The notes beneath the pieces are model-generated. The model made no database searches. It was given only the letters and a program-made list of their open reading frames with translations, and had not been told where the DNA came from. Of a stretch of 30,077 bases of DNA, positions 1 to 9,800 are shown piece after piece; position 1 is the first letter of the stretch, and every line of letters begins with the position of its first letter. Source of the DNA: a virus; IMG/VR virus record IMGVR_UViG_3300010346_002929, positions 1 to 30,077 of that record. One strand, 5' to 3'. The position numbers and the translations under genes are program-made.

Positions 1-236
1 CTCCCTCCAGATCAGTCTCCGGGATCTGCCCGCCCTTCTTCTCGGCCCCGCTCCCGGAGTGCTTCAAGCCTCTTTTTGAGGCCCGCGGGCATCTTGAATT
101 CCCGGTCGTAGCGACATCACGTCTTCCTCAGGCATTTCCCTCCATGAGTCTCCGTTGCTTAACTCATTGTCCACGCGGGGAGGGGCACTCCAACTCATGC
201 CTATCCCGCTAAGCATATACGTGCAACCAAATGGTG

Positions 237-1643
237 TCATGGGCTTTTCGCAGCTAATGGATTTGTGGACCCACTTACCGGAACTTCTTGTGCTCTGGTG
301 AGTCTATCGTTGTAATGCCCGTTATATCCAATGAGGAATAAAAGGGACATCTCAACACACCAAAGTCCGAAGTTCTGCGCGTCTCTCATGAGATTGAATG
401 GTACGATTGGATTGCTCGAATCAGGGTCTTCGTCCAAGTTTGGCCGGTTCCGTTTATCACCTGCGACAATAGGTCGATTGCCATGCACCACGCCATGACG
501 AAAATCAGTAAGTATATTAGGTCCATCTGCTATTTTTCCGGGGCAATTAATCCTATAGAAATCCCCATAAAATCTGCATAGATCGCTACTTGGAAGTCGT
601 GTCGCTAGTCTAGCTTTACCTAAAGCTTGGCGTATTCTTTCGGATGCAGGATTCACATTTTCCAAGCAATATCCTGATGCGAGGCGATCCAATGCCATAA
701 ATGAGTCAAGCACTGATAAGTTTACCACATGATATATATTGGCTCTGACATAGAATTCTATGATAAGTGCAATCGTTTCTCTCCATTTTGGGTCGTTCCA
801 TTTAGGCACGAAGCCTTTGTAGGCTAAATCAAGATCGTAAGCTTCTGAGGGACTCCATCTCCAAATTTCATCCCATTGGCTAATTCTGCCAGTTGCGCAA
901 AGATCTCTGAAGACAATTTTTCCATTCAGCAAGCCGATCATAAATCGCGGGAAACACCATCTTCCTTCTACAAACGATAGGAAGAATCCGAGCAACTTCA
1001 GCTGTTCTAATGCCTCCTTGACTTTAAAGGTGCTATTATCCCTCTTCCTCAGCAGACCTACATGAGTAATCGCAAATCCGCCATCTTGTTCTAATTCATC
1101 TAGCAACTCCTTTAGATTTTCAACCGCGTCAATGGTAATCTCCCACTTATCGTTGCTCAAGACAATTCGCCTGTTTGATGATCGGCCAGAAGGATACTTG
1201 ATCCTGGCTCCATAGTAGTCATGCAGATTTACGAGATGAAACTTTAATTCATCACAAAGAAGCTCTTCATCTAACCGTGTTCTAAATGCCAAACCTCCTA
1301 TATTAACCGTAGGCATCTCTCCACTATGCATACTAAAATGATGCTTCTTTACCCGTACTTCCAAATTAATAGGCGGATTCAGAGGGACATTAAGTATAGC
1401 AGATTGGCCGAGTATAGCAGATTGGTCGAAGAAAGCTGCAAGCTGGGACGGAGGTGTTCCTGCAATATGGCTTAGATCAAACCGAATAGACTCGATTGGC
1501 GCCCATCGATATACGATGTTGCCCTTTCCAAAAATAAGCCCCACTGACGAAGTTCTCAGTTCCACATCACATTCATCAACCAATGGAACCGGATCATTAG
1601 GGTGCTCAGTAAAATATAGCGGTTTAATTGCACTTTCTACCAT
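237..1643 (-). CDS. ApeA/YopA-like HEPN-domain protein (putative anti-viral RNase)
   Basis: 468-aa ORF. The C-terminal LTDFRHGVVHG fits the HEPN Rx4H motif, preceded by the helix DSFMALDRLA. The central GGFAITHVG...LGFFLSFVEGRW resembles YopA/ApeA-type proteins as I recall them. Visibly AT-richer than the virion genes. Confidence 0.65.
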   Translation of the reverse strand: MVESAIKPLYFTEHPNDPVPLVDECDVELRTSSVGLIFGKGNIVYRWAPIESIRFDLSHIAGTPPSQLAAFFDQSAILGQSAILNVPLNPPINLEVRVKKHHFSMHSGEMPTVNIGGLAFRTRLDEELLCDELKFHLVNLHDYYGARIKYPSGRSSNRRIVLSNDKWEITIDAVENLKELLDELEQDGGFAITHVGLLRKRDNSTFKVKEALEQLKLLGFFLSFVEGRWCFPRFMIGLLNGKIVFRDLCATGRISQWDEIWRWSPSEAYDLDLAYKGFVPKWNDPKWRETIALIIEFYVRANIYHVVNLSVLDSFMALDRLASGYCLENVNPASERIRQALGKARLATRLPSSDLCRFYGDFYRINCPGKIADGPNILTDFRHGVVHGNRPIVAGDKRNRPNLDEDPDSSNPIVPFNLMRDAQNFGLWCVEMSLLFLIGYNGHYNDRLTRAQEVPVSGSTNPLAAKSP

Positions 1644-1669
1644 ATAATCATGCTATAGGTGCTAACTAC

Positions 1670-1680
1670 TATATATTAAA
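1670..1680 (-). promoter_or_regulatory. Archaeal TATA box for the HEPN gene
   Basis: TTTAATATATA on the minus strand ends 27 nt upstream of the ATG at 1643. No SD motif, consistent with a leaderless transcript. Confidence 0.5.
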
Positions 1681-1694
1681 GGATTTCGAAAGAA

Positions 1695-1830
1695 GTGCTA
1701 TGTTGACCAATGCTTAAATATATGACCACTGAATTAATATATTAAATACAAGATGGTCGATGACTAGAAGCGAATATGAAGATAAGCGAGATTGGTCCGA
1801 ATACAATGAAAAGCTCGTGCACCATAACAC
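1695..1830 (+). mobile_element. Internally deleted IS5-family (IS903-group-like) remnant / MITE, 136 bp
   Basis: Imperfect terminal inverted repeats GTGCTATGTTGAC (1695-1707) and GTGCACCATAACAC (1817-1830). The ATG at 1760 reads MTRSEYEDKRDWSEYNEKLV, like the N-terminus of archaeal IS5 transposases, then runs straight into the right end. No clean target-site duplication. Confidence 0.55.
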
Positions 1831-1938
1831 AAGTTTCGAATATCACGGTTGGACAAGCGATGCAGTTCTTCTAAGACATCTCTCTTGAAAGTGAGGGGGT
1901 CTTTTGCCTGCTTTCCTATAAGGACATTTAAGTCTCCT

Positions 1939-3225
1939 TCAGAGGTAAGAGCAAACTGCCTTTATTATCGTCGGAGCGGATTCACCGTTTACATAAAGGT
2001 GGGTCGCCCCTGCCGCCGCCCAATACATTAAATTAAGATAATAAACCGTTTTTGCGGCAAGATTTAGAACCTTTTCTTTAGTATGCGGTGCTACGTAGGC
2101 TTCCATCGAAGTCATATATGACATAATCTTAAAATCGATATCAGAGCACCCGTTGTTAGTCGTTGATAACGTAGTTGAAAGTGTAAACTCCTGTGCGCTA
2201 CTAAACGATAACTGAGTATCAGAGAAGAAGTAAACCCTCCATATCCCTATCGGTATTGTCAAGGATAAGCTGCCCACGTTATACCATGCCTGAACAGTCG
2301 GATTCTGTTGATCTTTCAAAGTTGCATCTACCAGTTGCACCGTCCACTTATTGGGGTCTAGCGGGAAGCCGGCCGGGGCCTTCATCATGCTGTAATAGGG
2401 GTTAGATATGGTGCCGCTAGATAGCGTATAATCCGTCCCGCCGTAAACAGTTATGGTGGTATTTGGATTGAAATATGAAACGGCAGTAATGATAAAATAC
2501 TTTGTGGTCGATGAATGCGTTAGCTTTAAGCGCATGCCAGGGTAATATTTCGTTCTTTTGTCACCTGCAATGGTGAACGTGAATGTCGGAGCATCGGCCG
2601 AGAGATAAGTCCAAGTCTCCCCAGCCGGTATCCATCCGTCTGGCAAAGGATAACCCCATGATCCATCTCCGAGAAGAGCCTTAACGGCATCATTAGGGGC
2701 CTTCGGGCAGAGACCATGTGCCGACGTGTTCACATTGAGGTTAGTATTATCAGTCGGTGCAGCTAACTCGTCCAGTCTTGTATATACTCCACCGGACCAC
2801 GCAAAACACGACCAATACTCATCATCGCTGCCATCTCTTGGTGGCGTATGACCTATGTTATCGTCCTGGAGTGAATAGTAACCATATCCTTCAGCAGACC
2901 GCACGCCATCGTTCAGGGCATATACTGTGGATTCACTATACAGCCCGCGCCAGTTCATCACCCCACCGGGGATACCCTGCGGACCTTGCTCCCCCTGGAT
3001 ACCCTGCGGGCCTGGGCTGCCTTGACAAAATAATGACCAATAAGATGCCCATAATCCACCAACCCCCGGTTCTGTATCACTACTCGATACATGCGGAGCG
3101 GTGCATATATAAGAAATGCCTCCCTGGTTGATGGTATCTCCAATAGCATAATCCACTCCAGTAGCCCAGTTCCCTCTCCAATTGATTATCGTGCCTTCAT
3201 TTCGCAGAATATATTTACTCCTCAT
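1939..3225 (-). CDS. Tail fibre / receptor-binding protein with collagen-like linker
   Basis: 428 aa. Two WRG-x-W/Y...Y-A-x-x-D aromatic modules flank GSPGPQGIQGEQGPQGIPG. Fibre-type HGLCPK...LLGDGSW motif and beta-rich C-terminal domains. Last gene of the tail operon, with GAGGT upstream of the ATG. Confidence 0.8.
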   Translation of the reverse strand: MRSKYILRNEGTIINWRGNWATGVDYAIGDTINQGGISYICTAPHVSSSDTEPGVGGLWASYWSLFCQGSPGPQGIQGEQGPQGIPGGVMNWRGLYSESTVYALNDGVRSAEGYGYYSLQDDNIGHTPPRDGSDDEYWSCFAWSGGVYTRLDELAAPTDNTNLNVNTSAHGLCPKAPNDAVKALLGDGSWGYPLPDGWIPAGETWTYLSADAPTFTFTIAGDKRTKYYPGMRLKLTHSSTTKYFIITAVSYFNPNTTITVYGGTDYTLSSGTISNPYYSMMKAPAGFPLDPNKWTVQLVDATLKDQQNPTVQAWYNVGSLSLTIPIGIWRVYFFSDTQLSFSSAQEFTLSTTLSTTNNGCSDIDFKIMSYMTSMEAYVAPHTKEKVLNLAAKTVYYLNLMYWAAAGATHLYVNGESAPTIIKAVCSYL

Positions 3226-3236
3226 CGAAATCTACC

Positions 3237-3512
3237 TCACAGATATGCGCAAACTGCTCTGATTACTGTTGGAGTCCCTGGCGGCCCACTCTACCCTGTG
3301 GCAAAAGGAATGAATACGTCTCCCCAGTCTGCACCTACACCAGGTTCATAGTTGGCTGCCGCAGTATGCACCTTCCAGGAGTAGTACGCATCTCCACCAT
3401 GTCGGATGATCTCTCCGATAGCAAAATCCCGTCCTAATGCCCAGTCAAACGGATCATGGAGCTGGATCAGTACGCCCTCAATCCGCCGATAGTATTTTTC
3501 AAGAATCTGCAT
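3237..3512 (-). pseudogene. Collapsed tail-fibre paralog with in-frame TAG at 3291-3293
   Basis: The 73-aa ORF aligns with the N-terminus of the 428-aa fibre (KY..R.EG..I, W..G.D.AIG..I..GG, EPGVG..W). After the TAG the frame continues SGPPGTPTVIRAVCAYL-TGA, matching the fibre C-terminus APTIIKAVCSYL-TGA. Confidence 0.75.
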
Positions 3513-3515
3513 GAT

Positions 3516-4685
3516 TCATACCCAGAATAGATCGCGATATGAGGCGAGGATCGATCTCGCCGTTCCGGTGCCTTCCAGCCTGGCCACAAAGCTATCTCCT
3601 GGGTCTTCTTTCGGAACCTGTGACTCAGCCAGATACCGATATGCCTCAGCATATATCGATGATAGCGTGATGCTATCGGATGATCCGCAGACTATGCCAA
3701 AATAGATATCAGTCAGTCCCCGACAGTCGGGCAGATGGATGATGTTCCGGCCAACTTTCAGGCTGCTTGTAACTGTCGCTAGATCAGATAGATTCGATAG
3801 CTGCCCCCATTTTATGGCTGGCGATCCTGTTATGGCCGTCACATATGGCTCGATCACAGGATTCCCACGGAGCGGAAGAGGCCCCATCATCGGAAATATT
3901 AGCTTTCCTGAGTTGCCGATGGTGAGTAGATTGGAATTGATCGATCCCCCAGAGCAGTATGTGCTCCCCCAGACATCTCCCTGCAGTCTGGCATAGGTGC
4001 ATCCAAACGTATTCCCATATATATGCCGGACGTTGCCCCAGCCGTCCACCTCTAGCAGATCATTTCTCATCATTTTGCTGCATATCGATATTTGCTTATC
4101 GGTCTCCACTGACGATCCTGGCGGCGTCAGCCTGAACTTGAGGTTCTGGATGTAATCAGAGTATCCTCCGCCCATGACTCCGAGGTAGTCCAGTCCTGAT
4201 GCACGGTGGCCGTTATTGGTAAATGTCGTGGAGATTCGCGGAAGGCTCACGTTCTGCTGATATGGAAATAGCCATTGATCGGGGCCATATACCCATGCCT
4301 CGCGGGCCTTGATTGTGGCTCTGGCCTTGTAGAACGTCGTCCAGACTCCATTGATCCATGCCTCTTCCGGTTTTAGGACCTCGGCGTGTGCAAACTTTAG
4401 ATAGACGCATCGATCTGCCCTCCGTGGGTAGAACTCGGCGTCTTCAGGAGCATTGTTCACCAGGTCCATGAAGGTATCCAGGTCTTCCTCGGAGAGAAAC
4501 CTGAAATCCACGGTCCAAGTTCTCGGATTCCGGCCACCATGATAGACATCGCCGTAATCGTACATCGGCCTGGCTATCTCCTCTACCTTGAGGTCACCGC
4601 CTTTGGGTTCATTCATGCCCGATGCCTGGACTACATCAGTACAGATCAGGCCGAATATCTCCGTGTAGATCTCCGAGTTTGTCAT
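3516..4685 (-). CDS. Tail-tip protein, possibly Dit-like with inserted beta domain
   Basis: 389 aa in the tail operon with an ATGA overlap. The N-terminal GGRNPRTWTVDFRF resembles distal-tail-protein N-termini. Confidence 0.55.
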   Translation of the reverse strand: MTNSEIYTEIFGLICTDVVQASGMNEPKGGDLKVEEIARPMYDYGDVYHGGRNPRTWTVDFRFLSEEDLDTFMDLVNNAPEDAEFYPRRADRCVYLKFAHAEVLKPEEAWINGVWTTFYKARATIKAREAWVYGPDQWLFPYQQNVSLPRISTTFTNNGHRASGLDYLGVMGGGYSDYIQNLKFRLTPPGSSVETDKQISICSKMMRNDLLEVDGWGNVRHIYGNTFGCTYARLQGDVWGSTYCSGGSINSNLLTIGNSGKLIFPMMGPLPLRGNPVIEPYVTAITGSPAIKWGQLSNLSDLATVTSSLKVGRNIIHLPDCRGLTDIYFGIVCGSSDSITLSSIYAEAYRYLAESQVPKEDPGDSFVARLEGTGTARSILASYRDLFWV

Positions 4686-5041
4686 CTCTTCAGCCGCTCC
4701 TCGACGTTTTCCACAATCTTCTGCATATCCGCAGCCAAAGCGGCAAGAGCTTCAGCTCTGGCCTTTTGGTTGGCCTCTTTCTCAGCCTCCCACATTTCCA
4801 GGTCGTCCGTCATATCGAATACCTGATCTATGCGGAGCATTTCCTGGCCGGAGGCGATCACCTGCATGATCTCATCCACAGATCTAAGCTTCGGGGCCGG
4901 AGATACAAGAATGATGTCAGCCAGGCTTTTTTCCGTAGGATAGGTGGCGAGTATCCTGGCGTGGGCCTTCAGGAGAGGCGCTGCAGGCTCATCTGGTAAG
5001 ATCGGCAGGACTCCGTCGGGCATTTTCACTCGTAAACTCAT
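4682..5041 (-). CDS. Hypothetical tail-region protein with C-terminal coiled coil (119 aa)
   Basis: Start moved to ATG 5041 (MSLRVKMP), which overlaps the upstream TGA as ATGA. Helical E/K/A-rich C-terminus. Confidence 0.6.
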   Translation of the reverse strand: MSLRVKMPDGVLPILPDEPAAPLLKAHARILATYPTEKSLADIILVSPAPKLRSVDEIMQVIASGQEMLRIDQVFDMTDDLEMWEAEKEANQKARAEALAALAADMQKIVENVEERLKR

Positions 5042-5940
5042 GCAAACACCACCCTCCTCCATGCATGAAGCGTGACTGTGATATCCTGGGCACCTGGATT
5101 TGAACTCCAGTTTCTCCTTACTTTACAATAAATTTTTAAATTTGTTTGGGCATGCCCAAAATCAATATACGGAGTCATATCGATACCTGAAACAGTATCC
5201 CCTAGGACATAGTGGTTGAAGTACCCATTTTGGAGCGTACCACCCAGATCTACCAAGAGTACCGCCTCTTCCTGCCAGATGCCCGTCGCCAGGCGGATTG
5301 ATATGTCCATTGTCACTCGGCAATTGTTGTCTGGATTATTCACCTTTGATGGAATCGTGAAGCTTCCCGCAGAGAACGGAGTACCCCACCCGGACGTAGG
5401 ATCACCTATGGTGATCTTACCGCTGCTTGAAATCGAATTGCCGCATTCAGTAAAATACTGATCAAGCAGTACGTTCTCAAGATCCTTTTTGGCGTTGAAA
5501 GCATCGATCTCGTCCTGCACTCTCCGGCCCAGCTCCAGTCCGACCTTCCCGGATGGATAGAGCTGGACACTCTGGACCTGCAGGACCCTGGCAACGCTCT
5601 CATCTGCCAGCCAGAGACGGGCATAGTCGCCGGGCCGCGGCCTGGGCCAGATTCTTCCCACAACCTGATATCTGGTATCTGCCTGCCTGTCAGCATATTG
5701 AGAGGCTACCATCTTCTTTAGAATACCGCCATTATCCATGAATCCATTCTCTACGTTCAGGGTTTCCTCGAACCAGGGGCCTTTCCAGCTCAGATCCATG
5801 ACGGAATACTTCTGCTGGCAGTCCCTCGATCCGTATCCCTGGCCGATGATGCAATGCGGGTGTGGGACACCTGCAGTCTCTATGATCAGGCTATTCAGAT
5901 CTGGCTCGTACAGATCAACAATAGGATTGGGCTGTGTCAT
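5038..5940 (-). CDS. Minor tail protein (hub/Tal C-terminal-half-like plus beta domain)
   Basis: 300 aa with ATGA overlaps at both ends. RPGDYARL...VQSVQLYPSGKVGLELG followed by a short coiled coil resembles the end of tail hub proteins. Confidence 0.55.
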   Translation of the reverse strand: MTQPNPIVDLYEPDLNSLIIETAGVPHPHCIIGQGYGSRDCQQKYSVMDLSWKGPWFEETLNVENGFMDNGGILKKMVASQYADRQADTRYQVVGRIWPRPRPGDYARLWLADESVARVLQVQSVQLYPSGKVGLELGRRVQDEIDAFNAKKDLENVLLDQYFTECGNSISSSGKITIGDPTSGWGTPFSAGSFTIPSKVNNPDNNCRVTMDISIRLATGIWQEEAVLLVDLGGTLQNGYFNHYVLGDTVSGIDMTPYIDFGHAQTNLKIYCKVRRNWSSNPGAQDITVTLHAWRRVVFA

Positions 5941-6815
5941 GGTGCCTCATTGATTGCATCGAAATAGGTATGGTCAGCCTCATACCGCCAGTGTGGGGTC
6001 AAGCCCAGCGTCTCTGCTAAATTCACGAGAAAATCTCCCCAGCAGTTCACGTTCATCTGAATATTCCCGTCTATTGGTATGCTGGCCGCATCATGATCTA
6101 TGTTTCCTCTTCGGATGCCTGTATCAAAGGCATTCAGGGCCGAGATATGCAGAAAATATGATGCCATATAGGTAGTCCAATCAAACTGAATATACAGGTC
6201 CAAGGCATCCGCATAGGCTGAGTTTAGGTTGGCCAGACACTCAGAGATCGAGCCTTTACGTGGAAAATAGAGGCCTTCAACATAGATAGGTGCCGTCCCC
6301 AGGCGGCTATTCGTCCCGCCTCCTACCAGTTTAAAACACCAGTTTGGATATGTGACATTGTAAACAGGCCAGATGGTCTGCGGTATGGCGGAATTCATCA
6401 GAAATATAGCTCCAGAGTTGTGGACTACGCTCCAATAATCCGGTGTCTGCGACGGAGCTCCATCCTCGAAGATATGTGTTATCCGAATTTCAGAGGCCCC
6501 CAGCGTTTGGCTTCCCGATCCAGTCCAGCCATGCCTGGGGCTGTACCTGTGCCAGGCCAGCTCCTCCTCGCCCCGGCACTGGATTGTGATCTTCTCGCCC
6601 TGGCGCTTCATGTAGTAGACATAGCCACGGAAGTAATACTGGCCATCCTCCGAGAGGAATATGCGGGCGTACGGCCGGACGGGAACCTCTATGCGGCCTG
6701 TGAAGTTGAACGTAGAATAGCGATGGGCGTCCACGGGTCGATTGGGAGCCTCGGCGTTTACATCAACGATCACCGGAGCGCTCTGCCCTGGATTGAGGAC
6801 TTCCATCTGCATCAT
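5937..6815 (-). CDS. Minor tail protein (hub/Tal N-terminal-half-like)
   Basis: 292 aa directly after the tape measure. YFRGYV...ITIQCRG...L..R resembles hub/Tal N-termini. Confidence 0.55.
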   Translation of the reverse strand: MMQMEVLNPGQSAPVIVDVNAEAPNRPVDAHRYSTFNFTGRIEVPVRPYARIFLSEDGQYYFRGYVYYMKRQGEKITIQCRGEEELAWHRYSPRHGWTGSGSQTLGASEIRITHIFEDGAPSQTPDYWSVVHNSGAIFLMNSAIPQTIWPVYNVTYPNWCFKLVGGGTNSRLGTAPIYVEGLYFPRKGSISECLANLNSAYADALDLYIQFDWTTYMASYFLHISALNAFDTGIRRGNIDHDAASIPIDGNIQMNVNCWGDFLVNLAETLGLTPHWRYEADHTYFDAINEAP

Positions 6816-6818
6816 AGC

Positions 6819-9800
6819 TCATAGCCCCTGTACGGCATTGTAGATCGCCCTCATTATGCCCTCTTTGTGCGCCTCAAGCACTGCTTCCAGATCATCCACA
6901 CCGTAGACCGGGGCATTGATATTCAGAGGTGCATCAATCTTGATCTGCGGCTGAGATGTAGTAATGCTCCCAAACCTGGCTATGGCCTGATCAATGCCAC
7001 CTATCCACTCCCCACCAGGCCGATCTCCCACAACCGCCAACGTGGGCCTCGGCACATACACGTCACCCGAGGCGAATGTTGGCAGCCAGTATATACCGCC
7101 CGACATGCCGCCGGTCTCCGGCGTGAAGCTGCCTGTATATCCAGAGTACGCCCCCGAGTACGGATTATAGCCGCCACCGTAACCGCCTCCGCCCCCTACT
7201 TCCTGGACATAGACCAGCTTCGTCACAGGCCGGCTGGCTGCGGCATCGATAGCGGCGATGGCCGACATGGCCGTGCTGTCATCTACCTGAATCGGTATCT
7301 TCTGCTCTTCTGTCGCCTTGTCCTTGAACTCGTCTAGCTGTGAATCGGCCTGAGAAGTATCCAGAACAGCAGGGAATGTAATTGTCTCCTCGGATTTCCC
7401 CAGGTACTCCTCCATCTCTGCCTTCCATTTCGACATCGAACCAAGCTCGACAGGCGCGGGATGATAGGCCCCCCGCTCGTATTCGGTTTCAAGGAAGGCC
7501 TTGTAATCCGCGGTGTTTCCTATGAAACTGGTGAGGCCCAGCCCCATCTCACCCCATCCCTTCTCTTGGGCGATCCCGAATTCACTCATGGCCTCGCACA
7601 TGTCAGAGGTATTCTCGGCGGTCTTGCTGAGAAGGTTATTGCTTTGGTCTATGCTATTCTTAATCCCATCAGTATTACCTACCAGCTTGTTTATTTCACC
7701 GAAAGCATCTACCTGGCCAGTTAAAAATCGGCTGAGTTGCCATGTTAACTCTTTATTGTTGGCATCGAGAGTATCATACTGCCCCAATAAAAACGTGTAC
7801 CAACTATATAATGTCTGATAATCTTCTGTGCCCCATGCCGGCGCCATACCCTTTTCTGCATAGCTTCCAATCCATGAAGCGAATTCGGATTGAGCATATT
7901 TGGTATATTTCTCTGGATCGTAGATACCCAGCTCACTAAGCTTAATTTTTAATTCCGTCCCGGATAAATCTCGCACAGCCGCCAGCACCTGCTGATAAAG
8001 GGGCTGAGTGTCGGCCTCGATCTTGACGGTTAGTGGATTCTCCGCCAGGTAGGTATCTAGTCTTGATACAGATCTTTCAAGCTCTGCCCTGGCATTCTCA
8101 TCATCGGGATCAAGCAGCACTTTGGCCTTGGCAGCCTCAACGGACTCTATGGTGTCCTTCAGAGCCTCCAAGTAGGCTATAGCATTGTCTGCTCCTTGTT
8201 TCTTAGCTTCGGCAGGATCATAGAGTTTGAGCTGCCGGATGGCTGACAGCCTAGAATCTATTGTAGCGGTATCTGGGACAATCCCTTCGGCGAATGCAGT
8301 ACCTACATCTTCGCCGGCGCCTTCCATCTCAGTCCTGAGGTTCTTCGCAAAATCGAGATACACATCAGTTGTTACTGTAGTTTCTTGACTGAGCCTCCAC
8401 TGAGCCGCCTGAAGTGGCTTGTTAGCCAGATCCAGTGCAGTCCCCCTGTCGGCGCTTAGTCCGGCTTCATTGAGCATCGAGAGAACGATATCTGCTCGCG
8501 GGGTGGTGTCGAAGTTATCCACCGATCTCTTGATGCCGGTATCTTTGCCATTGACGCGTAGTGTATATGTGCTGCCCTGCGCGGCCACATCGTGGCGGAT
8601 ACCGACTTCTATACCCGCTATAGTAGCAGTTGTCGACCACCCGCCGCTCTTCCAAGACTCTCTACCCGTGCCAGTGATGAGCGGCGTGGTCCTTCCAGCC
8701 ATTGCCTCGCCCAAGGCGGTTGCCGTCCCTGTCTGTATTCCCTGGCTCTGGAGCTGCTCTACCCAGGACCAATATGCAGTATCCAGGCCACTCTCTGCCC
8801 CAGCACTCACGGCGGATGCGGTGGCTTTCTCTAATCCATCCTTTGCCTTCTCAGCACCTTTCTCCATTCCTTTCTCGGTGCCGTCGGCGGTTGCTTCTTC
8901 GGTCTTCCAACCCAGCTCTTTGGCTGCCCGATCATAGACGTTGCTGAAGAATCCGGTGACACCCGACACAGCACCACCCACAGACTCGGCCGCCCCGCCC
9001 AGGCCCAGGGATTCGGTCACTCCTGAGAACATCGATCCTAGTTTCTCGGTGACGCCAGATATGGCCGACGGAATAGCACCAGAGAGCCACGAGGCGATGC
9101 CGCTGAGTGTATCGGATGCCTTGTCTTTTAGAGAGTCGAAAGCGTCTCCGACCTTCTCCACGTATCCAGACAGTGTCTGGATTGTGGACGAGCTGGTGGT
9201 TACATTGGTCAGCTCGTCCTTGAATGCGGTTACGAAGGCCTTTCCTGTCTGGAATGCGGTATTAACTGCGGAGGTGGAACTCACCAGGCCGGATAATGTC
9301 ATGCCGCCCAGCGTACTGACGCCGGAGGCGAGCATGGAGACTGCTTCGGTAGCTGGGCTGATTGCTGTAGTGAACGGCTCCCATAAGTTCTCGCCTATGG
9401 CACGGATGCCATTGAACGTGCCCGTCAGAGACGTCAACACTGGTGTCAGCGTTGAATTGATCGGTCCACCTATGTCGCTCAGGATCGCAGAAATGGAGTT
9501 CTTCAGCACCTGGAATGAGGCCTGCGCTGTGTTTGCCCCGGCAGCGAACGACTGACCTATGGATGTGCCCTGCTCTCCAGCGGCCACGGTATCCTCGATG
9601 GCCTGCCGCCATTCCTCTGTGTGGCCGACCATCTTGACAAGGGTATCCATGCCATAGGACCCGCCAAGAGCCTTGGCCGTCTCCTGGACTTTATCCGCTG
9701 GCAAAGCTTCCATAGCAGATCCGATTCGGAGGAGTGTATCGGATGGATCGGTGCTCATCGCCCGCATAAACTCTTCTGTGGATATGCCGAGGAGCTCAGA

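Noticed and set aside
1-236. Gene, tRNA or att site at the left edge
   Set aside because: All minus-strand frames are short or interrupted, I see no cloverleaf, and no direct-repeat partner is visible in the window.
1770-1945. Protein-like minus-strand frame after the fibre stop (EGDLNVLIGKQAKDPLTFKRDVLEELHRLSNRD)
   Set aside because: No start codon, stops immediately upstream, and no recognisable family. It may be a gene fragment at the provirus junction but cannot be supported.
1939-2350. Diversity-generating retroelement target at the fibre C-terminus
   Set aside because: No reverse transcriptase and no near-identical template repeat with adenine-specific differences in the window. The only similar sequence (3237-3275) differs at all base types. 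A trans-acting DGR elsewhere cannot be excluded.
2960-3025. Direct repeat GGATACCCTGCGG (two copies) as a recombination or inversion site
   Set aside because: Fully explained by the collagen codons GPQGI. There is no invertase or inverted partner.
7130-7205. Gly/Tyr-rich low-complexity stretch in the tape measure
   Set aside because: A flexible linker before the usual C-terminal TMP motif, with no DNA-level structure.
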